A stretch of 64,000 bases of DNA, taken from NCBI GenBank assembly GCA_973895155.1, contig OZ316893.1, positions 1,550,860-1,614,859 of the forward strand, written 5' to 3'. The stretch is from Marsupella aquatica. Lineage: Eukaryota; Plantae; Marchantiophyta. The translations under genes were made by a program, and so were the position numbers. The notes under the pieces are model-generated. The model did no database searches. It was not told the origin of the DNA and saw only the letters and a program-made list of their open reading frames with translations. Below, piece after piece: positions 1 to 12,985 of the stretch; positions within the stretch are counted from its first letter, which is position 1; every line of letters starts with the position of its first letter.

Positions 1-621
1 TGTCCCAAAATTTTCCGTCCATTACCAGTTATTGTCGCATTGTCCATCTATCACGGGTTCTGTTTTACATTTCATATATTGTTTCAATTATCAAAAATAT
101 TCTTTCGCATACTAGTACAGGTTACGACAAGTTCTTCTTCGAAATTTATGCCAATTTTCCCTACAGTGAAAGCTCAATGTTCTTTTACGATTCACAACTA
201 ACCATAGACCAATCGTCATTTTTTACAAGTTTTACTGTCACATTGAAGCATTGGTCGATAACCGGTGCATCTCATCTATGCACAACTAATCATGCGGCAT
301 ATCCAGTTGTAGAATTAAAAATTTGATTTCAGCTTTACTTCAACTTCATCAACAGTTTATTGCTGGTTACAAATTACATGTCGACAGATTGTTAAATATG
401 ACTACTGCTTCGCAAGCATAAAAAAATGACTTGCTTCGCCAGCAGAAAAAGAGCTTTAGCAATTATAGCTCTCAACAAGGAGACTACTCTGAATATTTCT
501 GTACAATATGGATCAAGCTAATAGCACTGATGCAGTTTGATTGAGAAGATCTACACTACATGTGATAGATTTGTACAGACGGTGTCAAAAGGCCTAGACA
601 ATTTGGTTTACATCAAATTTC

Positions 622-1513
622 TCAGTGAAAGACTGGGGACTGGCGCAGCATCTCGTCAACGATCAAAGCCGCAAATCCGATCATGGTCAGACGGCCGTTC
701 CATCGCTCAGCTCTGGCATTGAATGGGCCCCAGCTGCGCGCATCGGTAGATTCCCCATTGATGATGGGAACCAGGGATGCGTAGGCGAAAATCTGCACTA
801 TTGCAATGAAGAACGGGAGTCCGACCGCGCCTGGAGCGAAGAGCTGCTCCATCACAGTTAAACCAGACGCCTTCTCGGCCAGGAAGGCCCACACGAATCC
901 CAACATTGCCTGCATGTTCACAGCCATCACAATTGGAAGAAGACTGATTAATTTCTCTTTGAAAAGAGTCGATTGCCTGACTACTACGGGAGAGTAGAAT
1001 TCCGTTCCCTTGTGGAAATGTCACATAGAGTACGCTACAGTCCGGCTAGACAGGCCTCAACATTTCATATGTAATTAACTCGCATAGAAATGTAATCTCC
1101 AGGAATTGCTTCCCTTACTATCTTTCGTGTACAGCTCAACCAATGAGAGCCTATGACAACTCCAAAGCTTTTTTGAAAACGAAACATCAAGGAATCCCAC
1201 CTAGATCCAGCTAGAGAACAGCGTCAAGAATTTTATTTCCTCAGTCAACTTCCGCTCCTAAAAGCCTAACATACTCCCTGGGAGCAAATGCAAACCAGCT
1301 CTTGGCGTGGTATGATGGGAAGATTCATTATTGATAGTGTAATTTACGACATACCAATCGCCCGTTGATGGTCTCGGGAGCGGCGCCATCGAACGCGAAA
1401 ATGCTGCCGAAGCTTCTGTCTCCAGTCTCGGGCCGCCTTTCGATTTCTGGGCGTGGGTAAAAGGATCCACTGCTGGGCACAGCTCCGAACACGGACTGCT
1501 TCTCGGACTGGTC
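622..1513 (-). pseudogene. ELIP: ELIP copy 1, 5'-deleted (exon 2 622-909; remnant of exon 1 1355-~1513)
   Basis: LHC motifs APETINGRL|AMLG and AERWNGRLTMIG with a GT..AG intron at 910-1354. Relative to copies 2-5 the sequence jumps at ~1513 from mid-exon 1 (DQSEKQ) into 5'-UTR sequence, so the ATG and transit peptide are missing. It also has an A>T change in the NGRLAM motif. Confidence 0.9.
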
Positions 1514-4156
1514 TTGCAAGACAGAACGAGGAAAAGTTCGGCACGAGCAGGTGAGCTGAGACAGAAGATCTTGAGTGTATGTTCTCCACAATGAATGGAA
1601 GAGCGGATGATGCAACACAAGTACTCTGAGGGAACTTATAGCAGCCGGTGGTGGATCTCGATCATCGATCAGAAAAGGTGATCGAATGACATCAGTGGTA
1701 ATCATTATTGCAAAGACAACCAGACTGGGCTAACTTAGACACCCGTCACTCAAAGAACATCTCTTAAGGGCTATTAATCTCCACCTTGTAGTTTTTCCGC
1801 CAGTATGTCTCGATTTCTGATCGACAAGTCTCTGTTGTTGATATATCTGCAGGTGATTCTCCTTGCATTATTTCTAGCTCAGTGCGACAGTTATCTTGGA
1901 AGCCTGCTGCAAAGCAATCTGGACAAAATTATTGTTGTGTCTGTTAATTCCCGTGGCAACTCCTACTTCGAATTGGCGTCCTTTCAATTTCCCAGCTGTC
2001 GAAACAAGGAACGAGATACGTGACCAACGAACTAACATATATAAAATGTTTCTGACCATTGAGGAAACTGCGATAAATCATTTTTCTGGGAATTCAGTAG
2101 ACCAGAATAGCTGTCGGGGGTTGGGATTGATGGTCCGCGCTAGACTTGCACAGATTTAGCATCATGATCAAGTTCGAATCAAGTTGAAATGCACTGCTTA
2201 ATTGCAGATGGTCGACCACAAGCCAGCTGTGCACGCGCATGAGTTGAGGCGCTTGACCAAATTCAGGCGTCGAGTTGTTGGCAGAATTTAGCGACATGTG
2301 TACAGTAACGGGAGTCGGAACACACTTGGCACGATTTTCAGTTGAGTGCTTCCGGTGGTGAGGAACTCAACACCCATCATTATGCAGTGCACTTATCCAC
2401 TTTATGCACTTCATCATAAGTGCTACATTGTGAAATATACAATTTACTTTACTGTGTCTAAGTGCAGGCTCTGGAGAAGACACCCCAAGCCTGCAGTTAT
2501 CCCATTTATGCACTTTATCATAAGTGCATGTTGCACTTCTCCATATGTGCCTGTTGCATTTTCCAATGAGTGCACATGAAATCTCTTATGCACTTCCACA
2601 AATATCTTGTCAGGCATTAGGCATCAACTTGTTACACCCAGAATCCTTCTAGTGCACAATTCAACTGGATAAACTTCCTGAGACTACAATGTGTAGTTAT
2701 ATGTTGCACTTATCAGTAAGTGCTTCTAAACACATGTGTTGCACTAATTGATAAATGCATATGTTATTATGTATTTGTAGTTTAGTGGTGGGCAACCTGC
2801 ACTTACAGAAGGTCCAACTTTTGGTACATTTACAAAAATATTTGATGTATTATTGAGTCACTAAACCACCACCCTGCATGCAGTTGCCCCTGGAATGCAG
2901 TTATACACACTGCAGTTATCCACTGTAGACTGTAATGCCCCAAAAACGAGGGTGGTAGCCCAAGACTATTTCGCCCTTTAATGTAAGTAAAAACTTGAGT
3001 GATTTTTGACAGGAAAAAGTGAATGTTTGAACCAGAAATTGAAATTAAATGGACATGCAAAAGTGGTTGCTATGCAATTGGCTAAAGACAAGAAAAAGTG
3101 AATCTATGAAATACAAATTGAAGGGATATGCAAGAAGTGGTTGCTGTGCAGCTGTCTAGCCAAAAACAAGAAAAAGTGAATGTTTGAAATAGAAAATTGA
3201 AATTAAAGGGCCATGCAAGAAGCGATTGCTATATATGCAATTGGCCAAAAACAAGAACCAGTGAAAAGCCATTCTTTAATACAGAGTGTGACTTTGTTTT
3301 ATATGGTAGTACCATATTTGGGTTTTGTATCTCCTACATTTATGGGGTTTAGTATAATCCCCTCCTCAAAAGAAGGGAGGTTGTGTGGAAACTCATGCAT
3401 TAAAAGTTACAAAGGAATTAATCACAAAAGTTTTTACTAACTTAAGTAAAATAATAAAAACAATGTGTTCTGCATCATAAACCTCAATGCTTCATATGTG
3501 TCTCTTGCATAGTAAGGCAAAGCATGTACTAGGTATAGTTGTACCACATGCACCATGCAGTTTATTTATCACTCTAAGATGTAATTTGCACACTTATGGC
3601 ATGGTGTATATTGACTCTATTGCACACAGTATATTCCCAAGTTTTGATGTGTGATTACCTGCAGGGCTTTCTGAGGGAATTGGCCTTCATTGAGCAAAAG
3701 CTTTACTGATGGCTTTTGAGTGTAGGAAATAACCAGACCCACACCAGAGATGGAGCAGGCATGAAGGTCCTGTTGCTCAGTGGTAATGCATAAGGGGTAC
3801 TAGGTTCAGTTCCTAGCCGGTTCATGTTGTTGAAAGTTCCAACTTACACCTAGTCCACAAAGTAGCTTACTCTAACATAATAAGAAAAGTTAGGTTCCTG
3901 GTTCAGAGAACTTGGATAGACATACTTTACCAAGGACATTAATCCAGCTTGTGACGGTTCAGATGAGGTGCCTCAATAATATCATATCAAATATTGTTTT
4001 TACCAATTAATAATATCCTTAGACTTTTCAAAATTGGCTTGAGCAATAGTATTATTACCTCCAATTGGCTAGTATGCAGATACTGTGGTTTATAACTAGG
4101 AGCAAGAAGTGTTCCAAGAACGAGTTGAAGGCACGGAAGTATAAAGGGTATGGATA

Positions 4157-4456
4157 TCTTACTTATAAAGCCCCTGGCCTAGGTTTCTAGAGTGAAGCCT
4201 CTAAAGGGTAACTCCATGACTCATAATTTCTATTTGCATTAAAAAATGGGTTCTATGCCCATACCATAACATATGTGCATAGAAAGAGAAATGTGCATAG
4301 AAAAGAATATGGTATGTTATAATTATTTATTAAAATGATGACATGCATGATTATTTTTTTATCATTCAAAGAATGTCAATAAGGTATGTATTTTGGTGAT
4401 AATTATATTGTACTCCCTTCTATTCATGGTTCAAAGACCGGGTTAATCCGGGCTAG
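4157..4456 (+). mobile_element. Non-autonomous Helitron-like element (~300 bp)
   Basis: Starts TC (TCTTACTTATAAAG), ends CTAG after a near-palindrome CCGGGTTAATCCGG, and sits between A and T with no TSD. The paralogous region at ~12340-12365 (ggttgtggcta|tgccatcagg) is the empty site. Confidence 0.75.
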
Positions 4457-5817
4457 TCCCATCAAATGGAGATGGTGAGCTATCTTCCCAAGATAGAACA
4501 AAATAGGTCTGGCAAATTATAGATGTGATTGAGTTTGGAAACTATTGATGGGGCACTCATTTCTACATATGCTGCATGCAATTGCAGTACTTGCGGTGTA
4601 CATGTATATGAGATGTAACCTAGCTAAAAGTTTGACTGTTGGCATGCAGAGTTAAGAGGCAAACTACTTATGAGCAGTATCGAGATGATGATTATGTTCA
4701 AAAGATAAACGATTAGATTTTCCCATGTACAATTGAACATACAGTAAATTCAGGTTAAGGTCAATGCATGGCCCTTCGTTTGGTTTGGTGAAGGTTTGAG
4801 TACACCATATCTTAGACAAATTCATTGTGAACAATATAAATACATCATCCAATTTCTTTTTGATTCAAGGTTTCCTGTTAGTCACCTGGACTCGAGCTTT
4901 TCTGTTGGTTTTCTGCATTCAAGCTTTTCCGTTTGTGAACACAACTACATCTGATGACTATGAGAAGATTTTTTCCTGAATCTAAAAAGATGTAGTTTCT
5001 GTTGTCTCAACAGTTTTGAATCCATTACCATTACCGTCACATTTATCACGGGTTCTCTTTCGCATTCCACATAATTACTGTTACACTCTTCAAAACCAAT
5101 GGTTACAATAAGTCCCCCTTCGAGCCTCATGTCAGTTTTGCCTCAGCAGAGGCTCAATGTTCTTTTACGAGTTTCTAACGGCTAACTACAGAATAATCTT
5201 TTTTTGGTACAAGCTAGATGATCACATCGAAGGATTAAAATACATGTCCAGCTTAGTAGTATCGATATTGAATTCTCATTTCATTCTGCGGAATTAGAGT
5301 ATTAGAATCACAGATCTAATTCTACTTTAGGTCAACTTGATCAGATAATAGAGTTTATTGACTACATAATACAAACCCATCGATATCAAACTTCTATTCC
5401 ATTCTGCGACAATTTAGTAGTAGAATTCTAATTAAATTCAGCTTTATTTCAGCTTCATCAACCAATAAAGTTTATTGGCTGGCTGCAAATTACATGTCGA
5501 CGGATTCAAAGGCTCGAAACTCCTTCACCAGCAGAATAGCTCTTACGCTAATTGAGTAACGAGCAGACTACTTTGATCAATATTTTACAACGTGGGTCGA
5601 GAGGACAGTAACTATTCCTTCGCCAGCAGAAAAGGAGCCTTGGAGATAGCTCTCACGCCAATTACCTAACCAGCAGACTGCTTTGATCAAAATTGTACGA
5701 TGTGGGTCACGCTACTATAAATACAGTTTGATTCAGAAGATGAAATAGTGCAATCTACTATGTGAGATCTGTACAAAAGGGCAAAAGGCCGAGGCAGTAC
5801 TGCCTGCTGCAAATTCT

Positions 5818-6967
5818 TCAGTGAAAGACTGGGGACTGGCGCAGCATCTCGTCTACGATCAAAGCCGCAAATCCGATCATGGCCAGACGGCCGTTCCATC
5901 GCTCAGCTCTGGCATTGAATGGGCCCCAGCTGCGCGCATCGGTAGATTCCCCATTGATGATGGGAACCACGGATGCGTAGGCGAAAATCTGCACCACCAC
6001 AATGAAGAACGGGAGTCCGACCGCGCCTGGAGCGAAGAGTTGCTCCATCACAGTTAACCCAGACGCCTTCTCGGCCAGGAAAGCCCATACAAATCCCAAC
6101 ATTGCCTGCATGTTCACAGCCACCACAATTCGAGGAACACTGATTAATTTCTTTTCAAAAAGTGTCGATTCGCTGAGTACTATGAGAGAACAGAGTTACG
6201 TTATCTCGTGAGAGCTATCTACAAGGCCTCAACATTTCATTTGTAATTGACTCGCATAGAAATGCAATCTCCAAAAGTTAGCTTCCCTTAATATCTTTCA
6301 GAGCTTATGACAACTCGAATGCTTTGCTGAAACCGAAACATCAAGGAATCCAACTAAAGCACCATTCAGAGGCTTTGTTAGAACAGAAACACCAAGGAAT
6401 CCCACCTAGAGAACAATGTTAAGAAATTGATTTCCTCAGTACATGCTCCGCTCCTCAAGGTTTAACACACTACCTAGTACCAAATACAAACCAGCTTTCA
6501 TGTACAGTTGGCGTCGTATGATGGGAAGATTCGTAGTGTTAGTTACGTACCAATCGCCCGTTGATGGTCTCGGGAGCAGCGCCATCGAACGCGAAAATGC
6601 TGCCCAGGCTTCTATCGCCAGTCTCGGGCCGCCTCTCGACTTCCGGGCGTGGGTAGAAGGATCCACTGCTGGGAACAGCACCGAACACGGACTGCTTCTC
6701 AGATTGGTCCGTCTCCTGGTGACGGAGAATTTCCTCCTTGGTGATCTGCCTCTTGGTCACCTTGTCTACGGCCTCGCGCAATCCCGTGGGGCTCGGGCCA
6801 TCCTCACTGGCTTGGCAGCGAAAGAATGGCGCTCTCTTTGGCGCTCTCTTTGGCGCAACAGGCAACCTCACGACTCCTCCCTTCAGTGCGTGGGCGCTGC
6901 GGCCCAAAACTGCCGGAGCTGAGACCACTGCCATCGACGACTGCATGACTCCCACTGTTGCTGCCAT
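5818..6967 (-). CDS. ELIP: ELIP copy 2, intact, 234 aa (exons 6551-6967 and 5818-6105)
   Basis: Ser/Ala/Arg-rich transit peptide (with a 12-bp duplication giving APKRAPKRAP), helix 1 ETINGRLAMLG, helix 3 ERWNGRLAMIG, phase-0 GT..AG intron at 6106-6550, TGA stop. Confidence 0.93.
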
Positions 6968-7271
6968 GATGCTTGAATCGGTTGCTAGATCGATGACAAG
7001 TTGAGAAGGACGCTACGGGGATGTACACCAAGTTTATAGTTTCAATGCAGAGAGGGAAGCAAGAAATAGAGCAGGATAGAATGACGAATGAGAAGGTGAG
7101 GTGAGAGAAGATATTGAGTATATGTTTTCCACAGTGAATGGAAGCACGGATGATACAACACGGGTGTTCTCAGGGGAATTTAGAGCAGCCGATGGTGGAT
7201 CTCGATTATCTGAATGTCATTGACATTAGTGGTAAATAATTATTTCAAAGACTGTAACCAGTCCGAGCTTA

Positions 7272-7295
7272 GACACCCGTCACTCAAAGAACATC
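7272..7295 (-). promoter_or_regulatory. Invariant 24-bp ELIP upstream motif GATGTTCTTTGAGTGACGGGTGTC (also 1738-1761, 14795-14818, 45595-45618, 49938-49961)
   Basis: Identical in all five copies despite divergent flanks, ~70-100 bp upstream of the TATA position. Contains TGACG and a CE3/ABRE-like ACGGGTGTC. Confidence 0.6.
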
Positions 7296-8039
7296 TCCCA
7301 AGAGCTATTAATCTGCACCTACAGTAGTAATTTTTACTGCTTCTCTCAATTTTTGATCGACAAGTCTCTGTTGTTGATCTACACCTACTTCTCCTTGAAT
7401 TAATTCTAGCCTGATGTGATATTTATGTTGGAAGCCTTCTGCAAAGCAATCTGGCAGAAACTTTGTCATATCTGTACCCCGGCTCCTTCTTCGAATTGGC
7501 GTCCATTCAATTTCCCTGGTGTCGAAACAAAGATTCCAAGTTACGAAATTGCGGACTAAATTTAAGTTCAATGTTTGTGACCATTGAGGCAACTCCGATG
7601 AATCAATTTTCTGGACCAGATATGGGGGGATAACAATAATGGTCTGCGCTAAAAATTGCAAAGATTTAGCATCGTGATCAAGTTCGAATCAAGTTGAGAT
7701 CCACTGCTTAATTGCAGATGGTCGACCACAAGCCAGCTGTGCACGCGCATGAGCTGAGGCGCTTGACCAAAATCGGGCGTCGACTTGTTGGCAGAATTTA
7801 GCGACAGTGTACAGTAAGTAACCATGTTGGAACACACTTGGCACGGTCTTCAGTTGACTGATTTCGGTGGTGAGAAACTGGACACCCACAATGGTGATGC
7901 GGTTCGACCTTTGCTGCAGCTAAACAAAGGCTCAAATTGTTACTCCAGACTACATCAGCTCTGGATAAGTGCACACTCCCGGGACGAGGTCTCCAGTCTC
8001 TAAGTCTAGGGTAATGAGGGTTTGGTGTACTAGCCCAGA

Positions 8040-8260
8040 AAGTGAGGAAAATAATGCTAATAGAAGCGGCAACCATCGGGAAGTCTTTATGAGCTTTGTG
8101 CAATGTGGGAACAGGTGCAAGTGAGGAAAATGATGCTAATAGGCACAGCAGCCGGGAAGTCTGAGCTTTGTGCAATGTGGGAACAGGTGAAAGTGAGAAA
8201 AATAATGCTAATGGAGTGACAGCCGGGAAGTCTGAGCTTTATGCAATGTGGGAACAGGTT
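8040..8260. repeat. Tandem repeat, ~72-79 bp unit x3 (second block at ~10263-10410)
   Basis: Recurring AAGTGAGGAAAATAATGCTAAT...GGGAAGTCTGAGCTTTGTGCAATGTGGGAACAGG. Confidence 0.85.
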
Positions 8261-8639
8261 TCTGACTAGAACCCAAGCCCAAACAATCATTATCATAAAT
8301 AACTAGCCCTATGCTTGTGAATTGCAAGGTGCAAGGAGGGCCTGTCTATAAGGAGTTGGGCCTGGGCATTTATGGGGGCCTGTATCTTTTCTGCCTAGTT
8401 AGGAGTTTTTTGTATTGGGATGAAGGACGATAAAAAGCTGGATCCCTTATTATAGTTGTAGGTACTTGTCCAGCAAACAAATTACTGGATAAGACTTCAG
8501 GTGCACAGGGTTATGGAAATGATAGCACCTACTTAGTAGAAAAGGTTACATACTGGTAACCTTTCTTCTTAATAGGAATTACATAACTACCACCTTCCCC
8601 CTAACCCTGAATGCAGCCCGAGCATTATTTTAGCAAATG

Positions 8640-11600
8640 GGATGTTTTGGGAGCACTGCACCAAGGTATAACCGGGCAATTATTTTTTGGGGTATTAAGG
8701 AAAAATGAGTGGCCTCACAACACACTGAATGTTATTGTGTTTAGTACTCTGAAATCGGCGGGGGCCTCTTACAGTCCCAGGTGTGACTGGTTGGGCCTCG
8801 CAATCAGGTGCCCGACCAGTCATGATTGTTGTCCCGTACCACAACATGCCCGGATGCCATCAAAGCAAAAAAATTGACGTATTTGAGACGCCCTAATAAG
8901 GTGTCTCATGTATAAAATAACATAAAATAGGAGGCCTGCAAGGCAGTCAGGAGCACCGCACCAAGGTATTACTGGGCAATTATTTTTGGGGGTATTGAGT
9001 AAAAATGAATGGCCTCACAACACATTGAATGCTATTGTGTTTATTGTGAAATTGGGGCGTCTTACGGTCCCAAGCGTGACTGGTTGGGCCTCACAATCAG
9101 GTGCCCGAAGAGTCATGATTGTTGTCCCCAACCACAACATGCCCGGATGCCATCAAAGCAAAAAAATGAGTGTATTTGTGATGCCCTAATAAGGTGTCTC
9201 ATGTATTAAAAAACAACAGGAGGCCTGCAAGGCAGTCAGGAGCACCGCACCAAGGTATAACTGAACAATTATTTTTTGGGGTAAAGGAAAATGAGTGGCC
9301 TCCAGACACACTAAATGTTATTGTGTTTACTGTGAAATTGGGGCCTCTTACAGTCCCGGGCGTGATTGGTTGGGCCTCACAATCCGTGCCTGACCAATCA
9401 TGATTGTTGTCCCCAACCACAACACGCCCGGATGCCATCAAAGCAAAAATATGGGTGTATTTGAGACGCTCTAATAAGGTGTCTCATGTATAAAAAAAAG
9501 TTAAAAATTAAAAAACAGGACGCCTGCAAGGCAATCAGGAGCACCACACCAAGGTATAACTGATCAATTATTTTTTGGAGTAAGGAAAATGAGTGGCCTC
9601 CTGACACACTGAATGCTATTGTGTTTACTGTGAAATCGTTGCCTCTTACAGTCCCGGGCGTGATTGGTTGGGCCTCGCAATCCATGCCCGACCAGGCATG
9701 ATTGTTGTCCCAAACCACAATGAAAACACTTGGGCGCAATCAAATTAAAGACGAAAATGGGCGCAATCAAAAGACAAAAATGGGCATAGGCGTCTCATAT
9801 GGTAAAACACCAGGCACCTCCCCGGGCAGCTCATGGGAGGCATGTGAGGCAGTCGGGAGCATGACAACAAGGTACAACCGGGCAATTATTTTTGGGGTAC
9901 GGATGAGGGTACGGAAAAATGAGTGGCCTCATGACACACTGAATGCTATTGTGTTCACTGTGAAATTGGGGCCTCTTACGGTCCCGGGCGTGACTGGTTG
10001 GGCCTTGCAATCGGTGCCCGACCAGTCATGATTGTTGTCCCAAACCATTTTCCATCCATTACCAGAACTTACTGCCGCATTCTCCATCTATTACGGGTTC
10101 TGTTTGAGGTTCTGTTTCACATTTCATATATTGTTTCAATTACCAAAAATATTCTCCAGTCTCTAAGTCTAGGGTAATGAGGGTTACTAGCCTCTAAGTA
10201 TATGGTAATGACGGTTTGCTGTACTACTTTAGGTTACTAGCCTATAATAACCTTGTGACCAGAAAGTGAGGCAAATAATGCTAATAGGCACGACAGCTGC
10301 GAAGTCTTTCTGAGCTTGTGCAATGTGGGAACAGGTGAAAGTGAGGAAAATAATGCTAATAGGTGCGGCAGCCGGGAAGTCTGAGCTTTGTGCAATGTGG
10401 GAACAGGTTTCACTCTAGAACCCAACCCCAAACAGTCATTATCATAAGTAATACTTGTCCAGGAAAAAGATTACCGGATAAGACTTCCCTTGCACAGGGT
10501 TATGGAAATGATAGCACCTAGTAGAAAAGGTTACATACTGGTAACATTTCTTCCTAACAGGAATTATGTAACTATCGCCTTCCCCCTAACCCTGAATGCA
10601 GCCCGAGCGTTATATTTGCAAATGGGATGTTTTGGGAGCATCGAACCAAGGTAAAACCTGGAAATTATTTTTTCGGGTACGGGGAAATGAGTGGTCTCAC
10701 AACACACTGAATGTTGTTGTGTTTACTGTGAAATCAGGGCCTCTTATGGTCTAGGGCGTGGCTCGCTGGGCCTCGCAATCAGTTGCCCAACCAGTCATCA
10801 TGATTATTGTCCCCAACCACAACATGCCCAGATGCCATCAAAGCAAAAAAATGGGCGTATTTGACATGCCCTAATAAGGTCTCATGTATAAAAAAATAAA
10901 ATAAGACAGGAGGCCAGCAAGACAGTAAGGAGCACCACACCAAGGTATAATTGAACAATTATTTTCTGGGGTACGGAAAAATGAGTGGCCTCATGACACA
11001 CTGAATGCTATTGTGTTTATTGTGAAATCGGGGCCTCTTACAGTCCTGGGCGTGATTGCTTGGGATTCGCAATCCGTGCCCGACCAGTCATGATTGTTGT
11101 CACAAACCACAATACACCTGGGCACAATGAAAAGACAAAAATGGGTATATTTGAAACACCCTATTAGGGCGTCTCATATGGTCTCACCAGGCACCTCCCC
11201 GGGCAGCTCATGGGAGGCTTGTGAGGCAGTCGGGAGCATGACAACAAGGTACAACCAGGCAATTATTTTCTGGCGTATGGAAAAATGAGTGGCCTCGTGA
11301 CACACCAAATGCTATTGTGTTCACTGTGAAATTGGGGCCTCTTACGGTCCCGGGCGTAACTGGTTGGGCCTTGCAATTGGTACCCGATCAGTCATGATTG
11401 TTGTCCCCAACCACAACTTGCATAGGCGCAATCAAAGCAGAAAAATAGTCGTCTCATATATAAAAAACCAAGCACCTCGCGGGAGGCCTGTGAGGCAGTC
11501 GGGAGCATGACAACAAGGTACAGTCGGGCAATTATTTTTGGGGATACAGAAAATGAGTGGCCTCACGACATACTGAAAGATATTTTGTTTACTATGAAAT

Positions 11601-11740
11601 CAGGGCCTCTTACGGTCCCGGGCATGACTGGTTGGGCCTCACAATCAATGCCTAACCAGTCATGATTGCTGTCCCAACCCATAACACATCCGGGGCGCGT
11701 AAGAAGCTGGAAAATGGGCTTATATGAGAAGCCCTAATAT
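8640..11740. repeat. Satellite-like array, ~270-320 bp unit, ~9 copies in two higher-order blocks (7991-10045 and 10155-11740)
   Basis: Recurring AAAATGAGTGGCCTC..ACACACTGAATGCTATTGTGTT..GGGGCCTCTTAC..CAGTCATGATTGTTGTCCC. Both blocks start with CTCCAGTCTCTAAGTCTAGGGTAATGAGGG. Confidence 0.88.
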
Positions 11741-12719
11741 AAAGTCTTTTTAACACAAGTAATGCCGTGTTTGAAGTTTGAGCCCAAACCATTCTAGATT
11801 GAGCACAAAATACAATTGAACTTGAATATCAAGTATCTTTGACACAAGTATGTTAAAGAATGCCACGTTTGAGGTTTGACCCTAAACTGTTCAACAGTGA
11901 ACACAAATGGTAAAAACTTCATGAATTTTTAATAATGCAAATGTCAACATTGAAACATAAAGCTGATATTAGAACACCGTGCTTTTCTGAGGGAGTTGGC
12001 CTACATTGAGAGCAAATTTCACTGAGGACTTCTGATAGGGAACACAAATGGCAGCGGAGGTACTGCAACAAGAGTAAGCAACGTTAAGCTACTGGTTCAG
12101 GAAGCTTGTTGATGGACGGATCGAGCGAACTTTGCCCAGGAAACGAGCAGAGCCTGTGACGTTCCCAATTGAAGTCCCTCAGTACCATCATATCAAAAGG
12201 CTTATTCCACAAATTACCACAGCTCGTACTCTTTTTCAGAATAGGCCTGAACAATAGGAGTTAGCCAGGATGTAGATACTCTGGTTTGACTAGGAGCAAG
12301 AAGTGTTCCATGGACAAATGTAAGGCACAGAAGTACAGAAAGGTTGTGGCTATGCCATCAGGTGGACACAGTGAAGGTTTTCCCACGACAGAACAAACAG
12401 TTGTAGCAAATTATAGATGTCATCACCTTGGAAACAATTGATAGGACAAATTATTGTGCACCTGATGTGTGCAATCGCGTGCACAATAATCTTGATATAT
12501 CATGATCATCTTGATAGTGCGAACTCTGCATGCCAACAACCTATTAAGTGACTATCAGGATGATAATGATATATAGAAGCTTTATATTTAGTTTGTTCAC
12601 ATAGATTTATTTCTGGTTCACAGTATGCACATTGAGGATAATCCATCTTTTTCGCTCGGTTTTGAAAAGGTTTTGGAGTGCAGTATGTCGTAGCACTCTA
12701 GATACGTGCGTTTCTATTT

Positions 12720-12985
12720 GACCATTCTACTGTTAACAATGTTTGTGCGATATATTGTTATTTGTGTTGTAAACTCTCTTCTGGATTTTAGATTTTCGGC
12801 GATTCGATTTGTCCATTCTACTGTTAACAATGTTTGTGCGATATATCGTAATTTGTGTTGTAACTCTCTTCTGGATTTTAGATTTTCGGCGATTCTATTT
12901 GTTCATTCTACTGTCAACAATGTTTGGAGGATATATCGTAATTTGTGTTGTAAACGACCTGCTGGATTTTAGATTTTCGGTTCAC
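12720..12985. repeat. Tandem repeat, ~90 bp x3
   Basis: CATTCTACTGTTAACAATGTTTG...CTGGATTTTAGATTTTCGG at ~12723, 12814 and 12904. Confidence 0.85.

Noticed and set aside
1328-1705. 125-aa ORF as an alternative N-terminus for ELIP copy 1
   Set aside because: It reads through promoter and UTR sequence across the deletion junction and starts upstream of the TATA position; there is no transit peptide.
2094-2297. Recurrent small ORF 'FGQAPQLMRVHSWLVVD' upstream of several ELIP copies
   Set aside because: Starts, frames and stops differ between copies and it is broken in copy 5; better explained as conserved non-coding promoter sequence.
2385-2810. TGCACTT-rich segment truncating the copy 1 upstream block
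   Set aside because: Probably a TE remnant, but no termini or coding similarity could be supported.
6443-6922. Plus-strand ORFs antisense to ELIP exons (also 14009-14452, 44864-45214, 49223-49600)
   Set aside because: Shadow frames of GC-rich coding sequence, with starts and stops not conserved across copies.
8640-11740. CRISPR-like appearance of regularly spaced repeats
   Set aside because: Whole ~300-bp units are homologous with no unique spacers, there are no cas genes, and the context is eukaryotic.
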